This document shows positions 39,323-49,256 of a stretch of DNA of 64,000 bases, piece by piece. The stretch lies in the NCBI GenBank assembly GCA_965214405.1, contig OZ243956.1:2240001-2304000 (forward strand), in the 5' to 3' direction. A model generated the notes under the pieces. The model ran no database searches and was not told the DNA's origin. It saw nothing but the letters and a program-made list of their open reading frames with translations. Positions within the stretch are counted from its first letter, which is position 1; each line of letters starts with the position of its first letter. Both the position numbers and the translations under genes were made by a program. The stretch comes from Trueperaceae bacterium (GTDB lineage: Bacteria; Deinococcota; Deinococci; Deinococcales; Trueperaceae).

Positions 39323-40630
39323 GTGGCGCGACTGGGGCGCGTGGGTCCGGTGCTCATCACGCTGGGCGTCCTCATCTTGCTCGGTTACCCGCTGGCGCTC
39401 CTTTTCGGCCTGCCGCTCGCGTGGCGCGACCAGCACGATTTGCGTAAGTGGGAAAAAGAGACCGTCACCGCGCCGGATGGTGAGACGCTGCGGGGTGAGG
39501 CCGACGGCAGCAACCGGACGTTCGAGTTCCCCACTGAAAATGTTGTCGAAAACGACGAGGGCCGCAGTTTGTTTGTGAATGATACGCCGCTCTCGAGCAC
39601 CGCCGAACGCCCCGAGGAACGCGTAGACGGCGCGCAACGCACGTTTACATTTGAAAGCAACCAAGGTCTCATCACCCTGAATGACCGGCTTATGAGTGAG
39701 GAAGACTATTCTCGAGAGGGTAATATCATCACCTTTGCGGAGCCTCCGCCGCGCAACGCGGCGCTCAGGCAGTACCGGGATTATTTCGTGAGCCGCCCCG
39801 CGGCGGGTGAAGTGCGGCTTGCCAAAGCGCCTCCGGTTGGGGCTCGAGTCTGGGCAAGTCAGTACACCGTCTACGCCAAACCGGGTTGCGGGGCGTCGCT
39901 GCTCGAGTGCTTCTACGCGCTGCCGCAGCACCCCGTCCCCTTCCCCCACTGGATTGCCGCGCGCATAGCACCGTTTTTCGGTAAGTACGCCCTCACCGAC
40001 GAGCGCAACGTGGTCCGGGCGACGCTCTACACGACGCTGGGGACGCTCGCGGCGCTCGGGTTAGGCGGAGCGGTCGGTATCATTTTGGCGGTGCTTTTTG
40101 TGCTCTTTAGGCCGCTCGAGCGCGCCCTTTTACCCTGGACCATCGCCTCACAAACGGTCCCCATCATCGCGCTCGTGCCCGTGCTCCTGCTCATTTTGGG
40201 GAATATGGGCATCACCATCCAGACGAGCCTCCTGCCCACCGCCATCATCGGGGCGTACATTTGCTTTTTTCCGGTGGTGGTAAGCACCGTCAAGGGCCTG
40301 CGCGCGGTGGACCCGCTCGCCTTGGATTTGATGCGGTCTTACGCCGCGACGCCGCGACAGGTGTTTCTCAAGGTGCGCTTTCCCGCCGCGGTGCCCTTTT
40401 TCTTTACGGGGCTCAAACTGGGCACCGCCGCCGCGCTCGTCGGGGCCTTGGTCGCCGAGACCGAATCGAACAACCGCCGCGGTTTGGGCTTCCAGATTTT
40501 AGGTCAGGTGCAGTCGGGCAACGTGGCGGACGTGTGGATTTTGCTCCTGATTTCTGGACTTTTGGGTATCGGTCTGGTGACGCTCGTCAACCTCGTGCAG
40601 CGCGTGCTAGCACCCTGGGAGCGGGCGTGA
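39323..40630 (+). CDS. NitT/TauT-type ABC permease with a large extracytoplasmic insert
   Basis: SQTVPIIAL, GLRAVD..DLMRSYAA, RFPAAVP; about 170-aa beta-rich insert after TM1. Confidence 0.85.
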   Translation: MARLGRVGPVLITLGVLILLGYPLALLFGLPLAWRDQHDLRKWEKETVTAPDGETLRGEADGSNRTFEFPTENVVENDEGRSLFVNDTPLSSTAERPEERVDGAQRTFTFESNQGLITLNDRLMSEEDYSREGNIITFAEPPPRNAALRQYRDYFVSRPAAGEVRLAKAPPVGARVWASQYTVYAKPGCGASLLECFYALPQHPVPFPHWIAARIAPFFGKYALTDERNVVRATLYTTLGTLAALGLGGAVGIILAVLFVLFRPLERALLPWTIASQTVPIIALVPVLLLILGNMGITIQTSLLPTAIIGAYICFFPVVVSTVKGLRAVDPLALDLMRSYAATPRQVFLKVRFPAAVPFFFTGLKLGTAAALVGALVAETESNNRRGLGFQILGQVQSGNVADVWILLLISGLLGIGLVTLVNLVQRVLAPWERA

Positions 40631-41748
40631 GGTTTAGGCCCGCGCCTTTTGCCGTGGCGGGTGCCGTGCTGGCGCTGGTTGGGCTCTTCGGCCCCCTTGG
40701 AACAGCGGGGGGAGCAGCATGGACCGAACTCGGCGCGTTGGGCGTCGCTCTCGTACTTGGAACGCTCGTTTTGTCTCTTATCGGCGCTGTCTGGACATTG
40801 GCGCTCGTTGTTCCCGTGGGATTGCTCGGCGCGTTTCTGGGGGTGTATAGATTGGACGGGCTCGAGCAGAGCGGCGCGTGGGGCTACTGGGGGCTCTTCT
40901 GGGGTTTCCTGCTCGCCGCGGTTTCCGCCGCCGGGCGCGTGAGCCTCACCGAACCGACGCCAGAGGACACGAGTTTTGTTAGGGGACTACGCCGCGCGCT
41001 GCCGCCCACCACGGTGCCTTTTGTGCTGCTGCTGTTATGGCAGGGTCTCGTCGTCGGCTATGGTGTGCCCAAGGGGATTTTTCCGAGTGTCACGGATGTT
41101 TGGGTGCAACTGCGCTCAAGCCTCCCCGTACTACTCAGCGACGCCTATGTGACGTTTGTCAAAGAGGTTCTTTTTGGCCTCCTTTTGGGACTCGCCGGGG
41201 GCTTTCTGGTCGGCGTGGCGGTGGCGGCGAGTTCCTTTTTGCAGCGCGGTTTTTTGCCACTCGCGGCGGCCTTTGGCGCGGTGCCTATTGTTGGACTCGC
41301 GCCCGTGCTGGGCCGCGCGTTTGGGGTGGATTGGGAGTCCAAGGCGGCGGTGGTGGTCATCGTGACGTTTTTTCCCGTTGTTTTGAACACCGTGCAAGGA
41401 CTCCTCCAGACGGACCCACTAAAGCTCGAGCTCCTGCGCGCCTACGCCGCCACGCCGCGCGAAGTGTTCCTCAAGCTGAGGCTGCCCAACGCGCTCCCCT
41501 ACCTCTTCAACGCCCTCAAGCTCGCCGCGGTCCTTTCGGTTGTAAGCGTCATCGTCGCGGAATTTCTCATCCCCGGCCCGCCCATAGGCTTAGGCCAGCG
41601 CATCTCCTTGTCCGCGCGGCGCGGGGCCTACGACGTGGTGTTTGCGGCGATTTTTGTCTCGAGCCTCTTCTCGATTCTTATTTATGGGGCGCTTTCGGCC
41701 TTAGAGCGCGCCCTCACGAGCTGGCATCCTTCGTTTAGAGAAAACTAA
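40627..41748 (+). CDS. NitT/TauT-type ABC permease
   Basis: VPIVGLAP, FFPVVLNTVQGL, LRLPNALP; GTG start overlaps the upstream TGA. Confidence 0.87.
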   Translation: MRFRPAPFAVAGAVLALVGLFGPLGTAGGAAWTELGALGVALVLGTLVLSLIGAVWTLALVVPVGLLGAFLGVYRLDGLEQSGAWGYWGLFWGFLLAAVSAAGRVSLTEPTPEDTSFVRGLRRALPPTTVPFVLLLLWQGLVVGYGVPKGIFPSVTDVWVQLRSSLPVLLSDAYVTFVKEVLFGLLLGLAGGFLVGVAVAASSFLQRGFLPLAAAFGAVPIVGLAPVLGRAFGVDWESKAAVVVIVTFFPVVLNTVQGLLQTDPLKLELLRAYAATPREVFLKLRLPNALPYLFNALKLAAVLSVVSVIVAEFLIPGPPIGLGQRISLSARRGAYDVVFAAIFVSSLFSILIYGALSALERALTSWHPSFREN

Positions 41749-41831
41749 AGCTGAAACGGGCTTATACTGGCAGAACAAACTTAGATTAGAACGGTTCAGC
41801 GTCCCTTGCCGCGCACAGTTGGAGCGCCCTG

Positions 41832-42626
41832 TCACTTGCCGAGCAGAAACTCGAGCATCATCTCCTGCACAGCCTCGATCATCTGGTCGCCATTCGCCGT
41901 CTGGCAGCCTGCGGCGCGGGCGGCGGATAAAAGGGGCGTCTCCCCATGCCCGGCAATCACGTCTCCCACAAACATAGAAGGGGTAAGTAGATGCGCGGCG
42001 ACGGGCAGCGGGTCCCCTTCAGCCATACCCAGCGGTGTCGCGTTGCACACCATATCGCAGCCCGTCGGGTCGGGTGGCCCGGCAGTCACGCGGTCACGGC
42101 CTGAGTCCCCCACAAGTTCCATGAGTTCTGCGACGCGAGTCTCGTTCGTGTCGTGGATGATCAGTTCGCGGACGCCGGACTCGAGCAGCGCGACAGCGGT
42201 AGCACCCCCTGCCCCGCCTGCCCCGATGAGCAGGACTCGTGCGCCTTCTATCTGAGCGCCCTGCTCTTGCTGCGCCTTGACGAAGGCGAGCCCGTCGAGC
42301 ATGTCACCATGCCACGAACTGTCGGCGTTGCGGCGCATCACGCTCACGACTTCCAGCAGCTTTGACCGCTCAGAACGGGTTGTGCAGTAACTATAGGCGG
42401 CAAATTTATGCGGCATGGTGACCAGCAAACCGTCGACGTTGGGAACGAGCGTGAGGCCGCGCATGACGCTCTCCAAATCCCCTTCCGGCACCTGCATCGG
42501 AACGCATAGACCGTTGTGTCCCCGCGCCGCGAAACCGCCCGTCAGGCGCTCGGGTGATTTCACGTATTTGATTGGGTCGCCGATAATCGGGAATAAACGT
42601 GTTTCACCGTTTAGGCTCTCGGGCAC
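41832..42626 (-). CDS. Shikimate dehydrogenase-family protein (probable degenerate gene cassette)
   Basis: IGDPI..VKSP, TMPHK, DG, GAGGAG, NATPLG; antisense to the host operon. Confidence 0.85.
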   Translation of the reverse strand: MPESLNGETRLFPIIGDPIKYVKSPERLTGGFAARGHNGLCVPMQVPEGDLESVMRGLTLVPNVDGLLVTMPHKFAAYSYCTTRSERSKLLEVVSVMRRNADSSWHGDMLDGLAFVKAQQEQGAQIEGARVLLIGAGGAGGATAVALLESGVRELIIHDTNETRVAELMELVGDSGRDRVTAGPPDPTGCDMVCNATPLGMAEGDPLPVAAHLLTPSMFVGDVIAGHGETPLLSAARAAGCQTANGDQMIEAVQEMMLEFLLGK

Positions 42627-42703
42627 TTCTTCTACCTCTGTATTCCATCCTGTATCCAGATGGAGTGTAAACATACTGGAATCACAGATGATCTCGCTAC
42701 GCG

Positions 42704-42767
42704 CGCTAACCCTCCGGTTCAGCGGCGAGGCGCTTAGCGGACCGTTCGCTGCAACTGGTTGTTATGC
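42704..42767 (-). other. Integron attC recombination site (64 bp)
   Basis: R'' GCATAAC overlapping the stop codon, 5-nt spacer, L'' GTTGCAGC, L' GCTGAAC, 6-nt spacer, R' GTTAGCG. Confidence 0.85.
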
Positions 42768-43238
42768 AGCTCCATTCTCACCCTCAACTGCAATATCAAA
42801 GTGTAAAACATCTTCACGTACTCCCAGCTTCGTATACAACGCGATAGCTGGTTCGTCTTCAATGCCAGTATCGGCCTGAACGAAAATTACATAGGCTCCG
42901 CGCTCTGCCGCTATCTTCTTGAGTTCTTCAATCAACGCTAGCGCAACTCCTTTGCGCCTATGCGCTTCTGCGACTGCCAGATCGTAGATGTAGATTTCGC
43001 TACGCTCCTGCTCGTACTTTCTAAGCTCGTAGGCCGCAATGCCGCCGACGACATCACCGCTCTTCAAAGCGACCAGCGCAATGAAAGAGTCACCACCGAG
43101 AAGTCTCCGCAGGTAACCCGCACTTGGCCGATTCTCAACATAAGTGTCTACTTCGTTGAAGGCTTCACCGAAGGTCGCTAACAGAGCTTCCATTAACGCA
43201 ACGTCGTCAGGCGTGAGCTGACAAACATTTAAAGACAT
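42762..43238 (-). CDS. aac(3)-I: AAC(3)-I family aminoglycoside N-acetyltransferase (GNAT)
   Basis: FGEAF....Y, FIAL, VGGIAAYEL.KYEQERSEIYIYDLAV...HRRKG.A, IFVQAD, PAIALYTKLG.REDVLHFDI; RBS AGGAG. Confidence 0.88.
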   Translation of the reverse strand: MSLNVCQLTPDDVALMEALLATFGEAFNEVDTYVENRPSAGYLRRLLGGDSFIALVALKSGDVVGGIAAYELRKYEQERSEIYIYDLAVAEAHRRKGVALALIEELKKIAAERGAYVIFVQADTGIEDEPAIALYTKLGVREDVLHFDIAVEGENGAA

Positions 43239-43443
43239 GAACAACTCCTAAATTGCATAACTATGTTTATACCACTCACTTCATGTTAATACGCCCATGA
43301 AGGGTGTTCCACGGCACTTGCGAGGTCGTACCCAAGCTAAACGTGCGAACATAACGTTCGGTGCAAAGCTGCTTTCTTCACGCTTTCCCCCTCTCCCTCC
43401 TCTCCTTGATAGACTGAGCCTCGTAACACTTTAAGGAGGAAAC

Positions 43444-44514
43444 ATGAAAAAGGTTTTTCTGAGTCTGGCAACGCTCCTTCTCACGACGCTCCCGGCAGGC
43501 TTCGCCCAAGACCTCGTTGACGTGTGCTTCCAGTCCAAATGGTTCCCGCAGGCGCAGTTCGCGGGCTATTTTGTGGCGCAAGAAAAAGGTTTTTACGAAG
43601 AAGAAGGTCTCGACGTGACCATCTTGGACGGCGGCAACGTCAACCCGACGGTGCAGGTGGCGAGCGGGAACTGCGACTTCGGCACCGACTGGATCGCCAA
43701 CATGCTGGTGCAGCGGGCGCAGGGGCTCGAGGTCGTGCAAATCGCGCAGATTTACCAGGACTCGGGCTACCGGATGGTGGCGCTTAGCGATTCGGGCATC
43801 GAGCAGTTTCCTGACCTCGCGGGCCGCACCGTGGGCGTCTGGGGCTTTGGCAACGAGTTCGTCGCACAGGCGGTGTTCGATGTTGAAGACCTCACCTCGA
43901 ACCTAGACCCGACCGTGACCAACCCGGACGTGAACGCGGTGGTGTACGCCTTTGACCCCTCGCTCGTGTTTCCCAACGAGGTGGACGTGGCGAGCGCGAT
44001 GACCTACAACGAACTTGACCAGATTGTCGGTTTGGGCTATGCGCTGGACACGCTCAACGTGCTCGACCCCGCGGACATTGACGCGCAGCTCCTGGAAGAC
44101 CTCATCTTTACTACGCCCGAACTTTTGCAAACGGACGACTTCAAGGGCTCGGGGCTCTCCGGCGCAGAGGTGGCGGCGCGTTTCTTGCGCGCGTCCATCC
44201 GGGGCTGGGAGTATGCGGTTGACAATCAGGAGGAAGCCGTCGAGATTGTCCTCAGCCAGTGCGGCGACACCTGCGCGGGCTCGGGGAGCACGCAAAGCCC
44301 GGAGATTCACCAGACCTGGCAGATGGCGCGGGTGGTCGAACTCGTCAAGCCCACGCCGGACACGCAAGTGGGCAGCATTGACCCGGCGGCCTTTGAGAAT
44401 TCGGTGAACTTGCTCGTTCAAGTGGGGTTAATTGGGGAGCCTGTGACTTTTGAGGAAATTGTGGACACGAGCGTTTACGACGCGGTTCAAGAGGGGATAA
44501 CGGGGGGACAGTAG
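43444..44514 (+). CDS. NMT1/THI5-like ABC substrate-binding protein
   Basis: Signal peptide; KWFPQAQFAGYFVAQEKGFYEEEGLDV; MTYNE. Confidence 0.9.
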   Translation: MKKVFLSLATLLLTTLPAGFAQDLVDVCFQSKWFPQAQFAGYFVAQEKGFYEEEGLDVTILDGGNVNPTVQVASGNCDFGTDWIANMLVQRAQGLEVVQIAQIYQDSGYRMVALSDSGIEQFPDLAGRTVGVWGFGNEFVAQAVFDVEDLTSNLDPTVTNPDVNAVVYAFDPSLVFPNEVDVASAMTYNELDQIVGLGYALDTLNVLDPADIDAQLLEDLIFTTPELLQTDDFKGSGLSGAEVAARFLRASIRGWEYAVDNQEEAVEIVLSQCGDTCAGSGSTQSPEIHQTWQMARVVELVKPTPDTQVGSIDPAAFENSVNLLVQVGLIGEPVTFEEIVDTSVYDAVQEGITGGQ

Positions 44515-44609
44515 GGCTCGAGCCTCCCCCCAAAAGCCTCTAAGGGCGTCGCGTGCTAAGCTGTGACACGACGCCCTTTTTCGTTCATGCCGAAGCCTTG
44601 GAGGTTAAC

Positions 44610-45956
44610 ATGAGCACCCCGACTGTAGAAAAAACTAAAACGAAGACGCAGGAGTTGCTCGAGCGCCAGCGCGACTTCCTCTTCCCCATCCAAAGCAAGA
44701 TGCTCCTTTATGGCGACGAGCCTTTAGCGGTCGACCGTGCCAAAGACCAGTGGCTCTGGGACGTTGAGGGTAACAAATATCTCGACTTCTTCGGCGGCAT
44801 CCTCACGGTCTCAATCGGCCACTGCAACGACGAGGTCGTCGCCGCGGCTGACGAACAGCTTCACAAGCTTGGGCACACCTCCACGCTCTACATCAACGAA
44901 ATCACCATCAAGGTGGCCGAAAAAATCGCGCAAATCACGCCGGGCCGCCTCAAGCACTGCTTTTTCACCAATTCGGGTACCGAGGCCGACGAGACCGCCG
45001 TGATGGCCGCGCGCATGTACACGGGTAACAGCGACGTCATCGCGCTGCGTCACGCCTACTCGGGCCGCTCGGTGAGCATGATGAGCATGACCGCGCACGG
45101 CACCTGGCGCTTGGGCGGCGTGTTCGACGGGGCCATCAAGCATGTAAAGAACCCCTACACCTACCGTCGGCCCGAAGGCATGAGCGAGGCGCAGTTTTTG
45201 GACTTTTTGGTGCAGGACTTAGAGGAAATGATTGCGACCTGCACGAGCGGTAAAATCGCCGCCTTTATGGCCGAGCCCATCCAGGGCGTCGGGGGCTTCG
45301 TGGTCGCGCCGGAGGATTACTTTAAGCGCATCTTGCCCGTGGTGCGGGCGGCGGGCGGTTTGTTGATTATTGACGAGGTGCAGACCGGCTGGGGGCGCAC
45401 GGGTCGGTACTGGTGCGGCATCGAGCACTGGGGTGTCGAGCCCGACGTAATAACTTTCGCCAAGGGCATCGCCAACGGCGCGCCCGTGGGCTGCACCGTC
45501 GCCACGCCCGAGGTGGCGGAGGCGGTAGACGGCCTCACCTTATCGACCTTTGGCGGCAACCCGGTGGCGATGGCGCAGGCTTACGCGACGATGGAGTACA
45601 TCGAGAAGCATAAGCTTTGGGAGAACGCGGAGGTTAGGGGTGACGAACTTCGGGCGCGTATGGAGGGGATGCAGGAAACTTACCCCTTTATCGGCGACGT
45701 GCGCGGGATGGGGCTGATGCAGGCGTTTGAGATGGTGGTGCCGGACGGGGGCAAGGAGCCGGACGGGGCTCGAGCCTCTGCCCTCGTCAACGCCGCGCGC
45801 AAGCACGGGCTGCTCATCGGTAAGGGCGGGCTTTACGGCAACGCGATTCGGATTGCGCCGCACCTCAACGTGACCAAAGAAGATTTGGACGCGGGGTGTG
45901 AGCTTATGGAGAGGGCGCTAGGAGATGTTGCGCAAGGAGGTCTGGGTGGTGCGTGA
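44610..45956 (+). CDS. Class III PLP aminotransferase (probable beta-alanine transaminase)
   Basis: NSGTEA, EPIQGVGG, DEVQTGWGRTG, FAKG, TFGGNP; pyrimidine catabolism context. Confidence 0.88.
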   Translation: MSTPTVEKTKTKTQELLERQRDFLFPIQSKMLLYGDEPLAVDRAKDQWLWDVEGNKYLDFFGGILTVSIGHCNDEVVAAADEQLHKLGHTSTLYINEITIKVAEKIAQITPGRLKHCFFTNSGTEADETAVMAARMYTGNSDVIALRHAYSGRSVSMMSMTAHGTWRLGGVFDGAIKHVKNPYTYRRPEGMSEAQFLDFLVQDLEEMIATCTSGKIAAFMAEPIQGVGGFVVAPEDYFKRILPVVRAAGGLLIIDEVQTGWGRTGRYWCGIEHWGVEPDVITFAKGIANGAPVGCTVATPEVAEAVDGLTLSTFGGNPVAMAQAYATMEYIEKHKLWENAEVRGDELRARMEGMQETYPFIGDVRGMGLMQAFEMVVPDGGKEPDGARASALVNAARKHGLLIGKGGLYGNAIRIAPHLNVTKEDLDAGCELMERALGDVAQGGLGGA

Positions 45957-46072
45957 ACCGTGTCCCGTCCTGAGATGTAAGAAAGGGTGAGGTTGAGCGC
46001 CAGCATAAGCTGAAATCTTGACCGGTCGCCTTGCCGACGGCGTGGCCACGCCCTCTCCCCAAAAAGCGCTAT

Positions 46073-47350
46073 TTAATCTGTCTCGGCAATGCGCGTGTCC
46101 GGTTTGAACGCGGCCCAAGCGAACCAGAGCGTGTTGTCGTGGACGATGGGAGAGAGGGCGGTACCAAACAGTTCGCCGCTCGTGGCCTGGCCGAGTAAGT
46201 TCCAGCTCGAGCGGGTCTCCTCATCCACAAACGTCTCACCGTTCCAGCTAAAGGTCAGCGTTCTCCCGTCCACGCGGCGGTCGAACACGCCCGCCGCGCC
46301 CACGTCCGCACTCTCGGCGATGGCGCGCGCGTCCAGAGCGCTCGTCGTGCCCTCCTGCCAGAACACGGTGACGGGCGCGCCGCCCACGTCCGTGTTGACG
46401 ACCCGCGCCTCCTGTAAGGCGTCAAAGGGAAAGGCGACGGCGTCACCCGCGCGCTCCAGGGTGATCACACGCTCCTTAGGCGGCAGGCGTCCGTCCGTCT
46501 CGCCGGAAAAGAGAAAAGGCGGCTCGTCCGCGCGGTCGTAGCCGACGTAGGGGTTTGCGCCGTAGTCTCTCGAGAAGCCCGTCTCGCGCGACAGCACCGA
46601 CGCCCCCGGAAACGCCGCCCGAAACTCCTCGAAAGAAACGATTTGGGCGGGGTAACGCGCGAGCTGCGCGCCGCTTAAAGTGCCGACCGCGCCCTCGCCC
46701 GTGAGCTGCGACCAGAGCGTCGAGGCGGCGGTGTCGAACATGAGCAAGTTGGAGTTGTAGAGCAGGCCCGACACGCCGAAGGTGACCTCGAGGACGGCGC
46801 TAAGTTCGTCTGTATCCGCACCTTCAAGCGCGCTTACGAACGTTTCATCTTCAGGAACGCCTTGGATGTTCGCTGCCGGGTTCGCCGCCCGCACCGCCGC
46901 TTCACTTTCGGCGTTCAGCGGGATGCGCCGGTCAAAGGCCAGCGCGCTGTTGCACAAGGGGCAAAAGGTCACGGCCACGGGCACGCCGCCCAGCGTGTCG
47001 TTGACAATCTCGTGCCAGGTAAGAATCTGGAGCGGATAGGCGCGGCTCTCGCCGCCCAGAGAAAGTGCGATGACGGGCTCTTCCTCGCCCAACCACGCCG
47101 CCGCCTCGGCTTGCGTCACGAACCGGGGCGCGGGACTCGGCCCCGCCGCGCCAGCGTGGTCGCCGCCAAAACCTAATGCGGGGATGCCCTGGGGCGGCGG
47201 CCCGCCACTCAAGATACCGTCAACGGGAATGGTCGCGCGGTCCGCGTCTACGCCAATGTCTCTCAACGTCCCGCTGCCGGACTGCGCGACCGCCACGCCC
47301 GCGGCTCCTAAAACAAGGGACGTAACCAACACGACAAACCAATCTTTCAT
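46073..47350 (-). CDS. DUF3179 family secreted protein
   Basis: Signal peptide; GGPPPQGIPAL, RAYPL.IL.WHEIVND, FCPLCNS, SGLLYNSNL, WFAW. Confidence 0.85.
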   Translation of the reverse strand: MKDWFVVLVTSLVLGAAGVAVAQSGSGTLRDIGVDADRATIPVDGILSGGPPPQGIPALGFGGDHAGAAGPSPAPRFVTQAEAAAWLGEEEPVIALSLGGESRAYPLQILTWHEIVNDTLGGVPVAVTFCPLCNSALAFDRRIPLNAESEAAVRAANPAANIQGVPEDETFVSALEGADTDELSAVLEVTFGVSGLLYNSNLLMFDTAASTLWSQLTGEGAVGTLSGAQLARYPAQIVSFEEFRAAFPGASVLSRETGFSRDYGANPYVGYDRADEPPFLFSGETDGRLPPKERVITLERAGDAVAFPFDALQEARVVNTDVGGAPVTVFWQEGTTSALDARAIAESADVGAAGVFDRRVDGRTLTFSWNGETFVDEETRSSWNLLGQATSGELFGTALSPIVHDNTLWFAWAAFKPDTRIAETD

Positions 47351-47579
47351 AGCGCCTCCTCCGGTCTGGGGCAAGCGTACCGAGTTCTGCGGGGGCGGGC
47401 GGTTAAACGTTGTACACGCCGCTCTACATTGGACATCCACCCCGAACGAAGAACCCGCCTCGAGCCGACGTTTTTGAATGGAGAAACCACTATACTGTCC
47501 TTGTACATGTTGATTGGGTGGTTGAACGCGACCACTTAGTAGCCCAGCGGGCACCAGAGCGGAGGGTGATTAAGAGCCG

Positions 47580-48836
47580 ATGACGCGACTCAAGCGCTAC
47601 ATTGCACGTTTTTTTTTGAGCCTGGAAAAAGACTTTAACACCACGCGGCACACGCTCCGCACGCTTTTTCGGCCGCCGCGTCCTTACGAGGTGGTGCCTT
47701 ATTTAGGATACGGAACGGACGACCGGGTCTTTCTTAAAGGGCGCGTGTTGGAAGACAAGGGCGTCAGCTTGGGGACGCCCGAGGCCACGCGCTGGCGCAA
47801 CCTGGTCAACACCTACAAGCGCTTTGTGAGTGACGAGGTGCCCAACGCCGAGCTCGAGTTCCGCTTCGGCGGCGTGCGCCGCATATTGACGACCAACGAG
47901 CGGGGCTATTTCGAAACGCCTCCCGAATCCCCATCTGCGAACGGTGGTGATGATAGGGCCTCGAGGGGTGAAGCCGCATCACAAACCGCCCCAAAAACCG
48001 CGTCGTCCGAGTCGGCAGGTTGGGTGGACGTCGAGGTGCGGCTCCTCAAACCGACGCGCGGGGGCGAGGTGAGCGCGCCCGGCGCGGTGCTGGTGCCGCC
48101 CGAGGGTGCCGCTTTCGGCGTGATTAGCGATATCGACGACACCGTGGTTCAGACCGACGCGACCCGCTGGGTGCGCGTGCTCGGCAGCGTGCTCTTCGGG
48201 AACGCCTATACGCGGCTTCCGTTCAAGGGCGTCGCCGCCTTTTACCGCGCGTTGCAAGGCGGGGAGGACGGCAGGAGAAACAATCCTCTTTTTTACGTAT
48301 CATCCTCGCCCTGGAACCTATATGATTTGCTGCTCGAGTTTTTCCATACCGAGGGCATCCCCAAAGGCCCCCTCATGCTGCGCAGTTGGCGCGGCGGCGG
48401 CGGCTTCGCGCCCAGCGAGCACGGGAGTTTCAAGTCGCGCGAAATCCGGCGCATCCTCGACATGTTCCCGCACCTGCCTTTTATTTTGATAGGCGACAGC
48501 GGCCAGGAAGACCCCGAAATCTATCACGACATCGCGGACGCTTACCCTGGCCGCATCCTGGGTATCTATATTCGCAACGTGAGCCGCAACCCCGACCGCC
48601 CCGAGGCCATCAGCCGCCTCTCCAACCGGGTTCAGGAACTGGGCAGCACGCTCGTCTTGGCCGACGACACGCTCGCCGCCGCCCAGCACGCCGCCAGCCG
48701 CGGCTGGATTTCGCCCCAGACCCTGCCCGAAATACGCTCGGACAAAGAAAAAGCCGACGCGCCCTTTGAAGAGCACCGCGACACCGAAGCGACCGTCATT
48801 GGTGACCCAGGCCACGAGGGAATGCGCGCGAAATAA
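47580..48836 (+). CDS. App1/DUF2183 phosphatidate phosphatase-like protein
   Basis: ISDIDDT, YVSSSPWNLY, IGDSGQEDPEIY. Confidence 0.87.
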   Translation: MTRLKRYIARFFLSLEKDFNTTRHTLRTLFRPPRPYEVVPYLGYGTDDRVFLKGRVLEDKGVSLGTPEATRWRNLVNTYKRFVSDEVPNAELEFRFGGVRRILTTNERGYFETPPESPSANGGDDRASRGEAASQTAPKTASSESAGWVDVEVRLLKPTRGGEVSAPGAVLVPPEGAAFGVISDIDDTVVQTDATRWVRVLGSVLFGNAYTRLPFKGVAAFYRALQGGEDGRRNNPLFYVSSSPWNLYDLLLEFFHTEGIPKGPLMLRSWRGGGGFAPSEHGSFKSREIRRILDMFPHLPFILIGDSGQEDPEIYHDIADAYPGRILGIYIRNVSRNPDRPEAISRLSNRVQELGSTLVLADDTLAAAQHAASRGWISPQTLPEIRSDKEKADAPFEEHRDTEATVIGDPGHEGMRAK

Positions 48837-48997
48837 GTTTAGGAGAGGGTTAGAAAGGGTTCGAGAGCAGACGCCGCCTGACCCAACGGTGAGGTAAATA
48901 GGCTTCCGGCTTTGTAAAAAAGCTTTTGCAAATATGAGTCAACTTTGGTTGTCGAGAAGCCGCTTCTCTACCAGGTCCACACAATCTGCCTAAACCT

Positions 48998-49225
48998 TTA
49001 AGAAGCCGACACAAGGGGCAAGCGTTCTTCTTTCAAGCAGCCCCTCGAGTCGACCGTCAGCTCCCACACCGCCAAGTCAGGTCTAAACTCATAGGCCAGC
49101 GCGTCCAGTTTCCGCCAAAACTCTTCGTCCCAATGCTCCTTGTGCGCGATGAGATGGTCTAAAAACCCACCCGGCACGGAGCCGCCCAGGGCGTAAGTCA
49201 GAAACTCTCTAAGATCGACGTCCAT
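48998..49225 (-). CDS. Small hypothetical protein downstream of recA
   Basis: 75-aa ORF, co-directional, about 30 bp after the recA stop. Confidence 0.55.
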   Translation of the reverse strand: MDVDLREFLTYALGGSVPGGFLDHLIAHKEHWDEEFWRKLDALAYEFRPDLAVWELTVDSRGCLKEERLPLVSAS

Positions 49226-49256
49226 AAAACCACTTCTAGTCTATGTCGAGAGCGCC

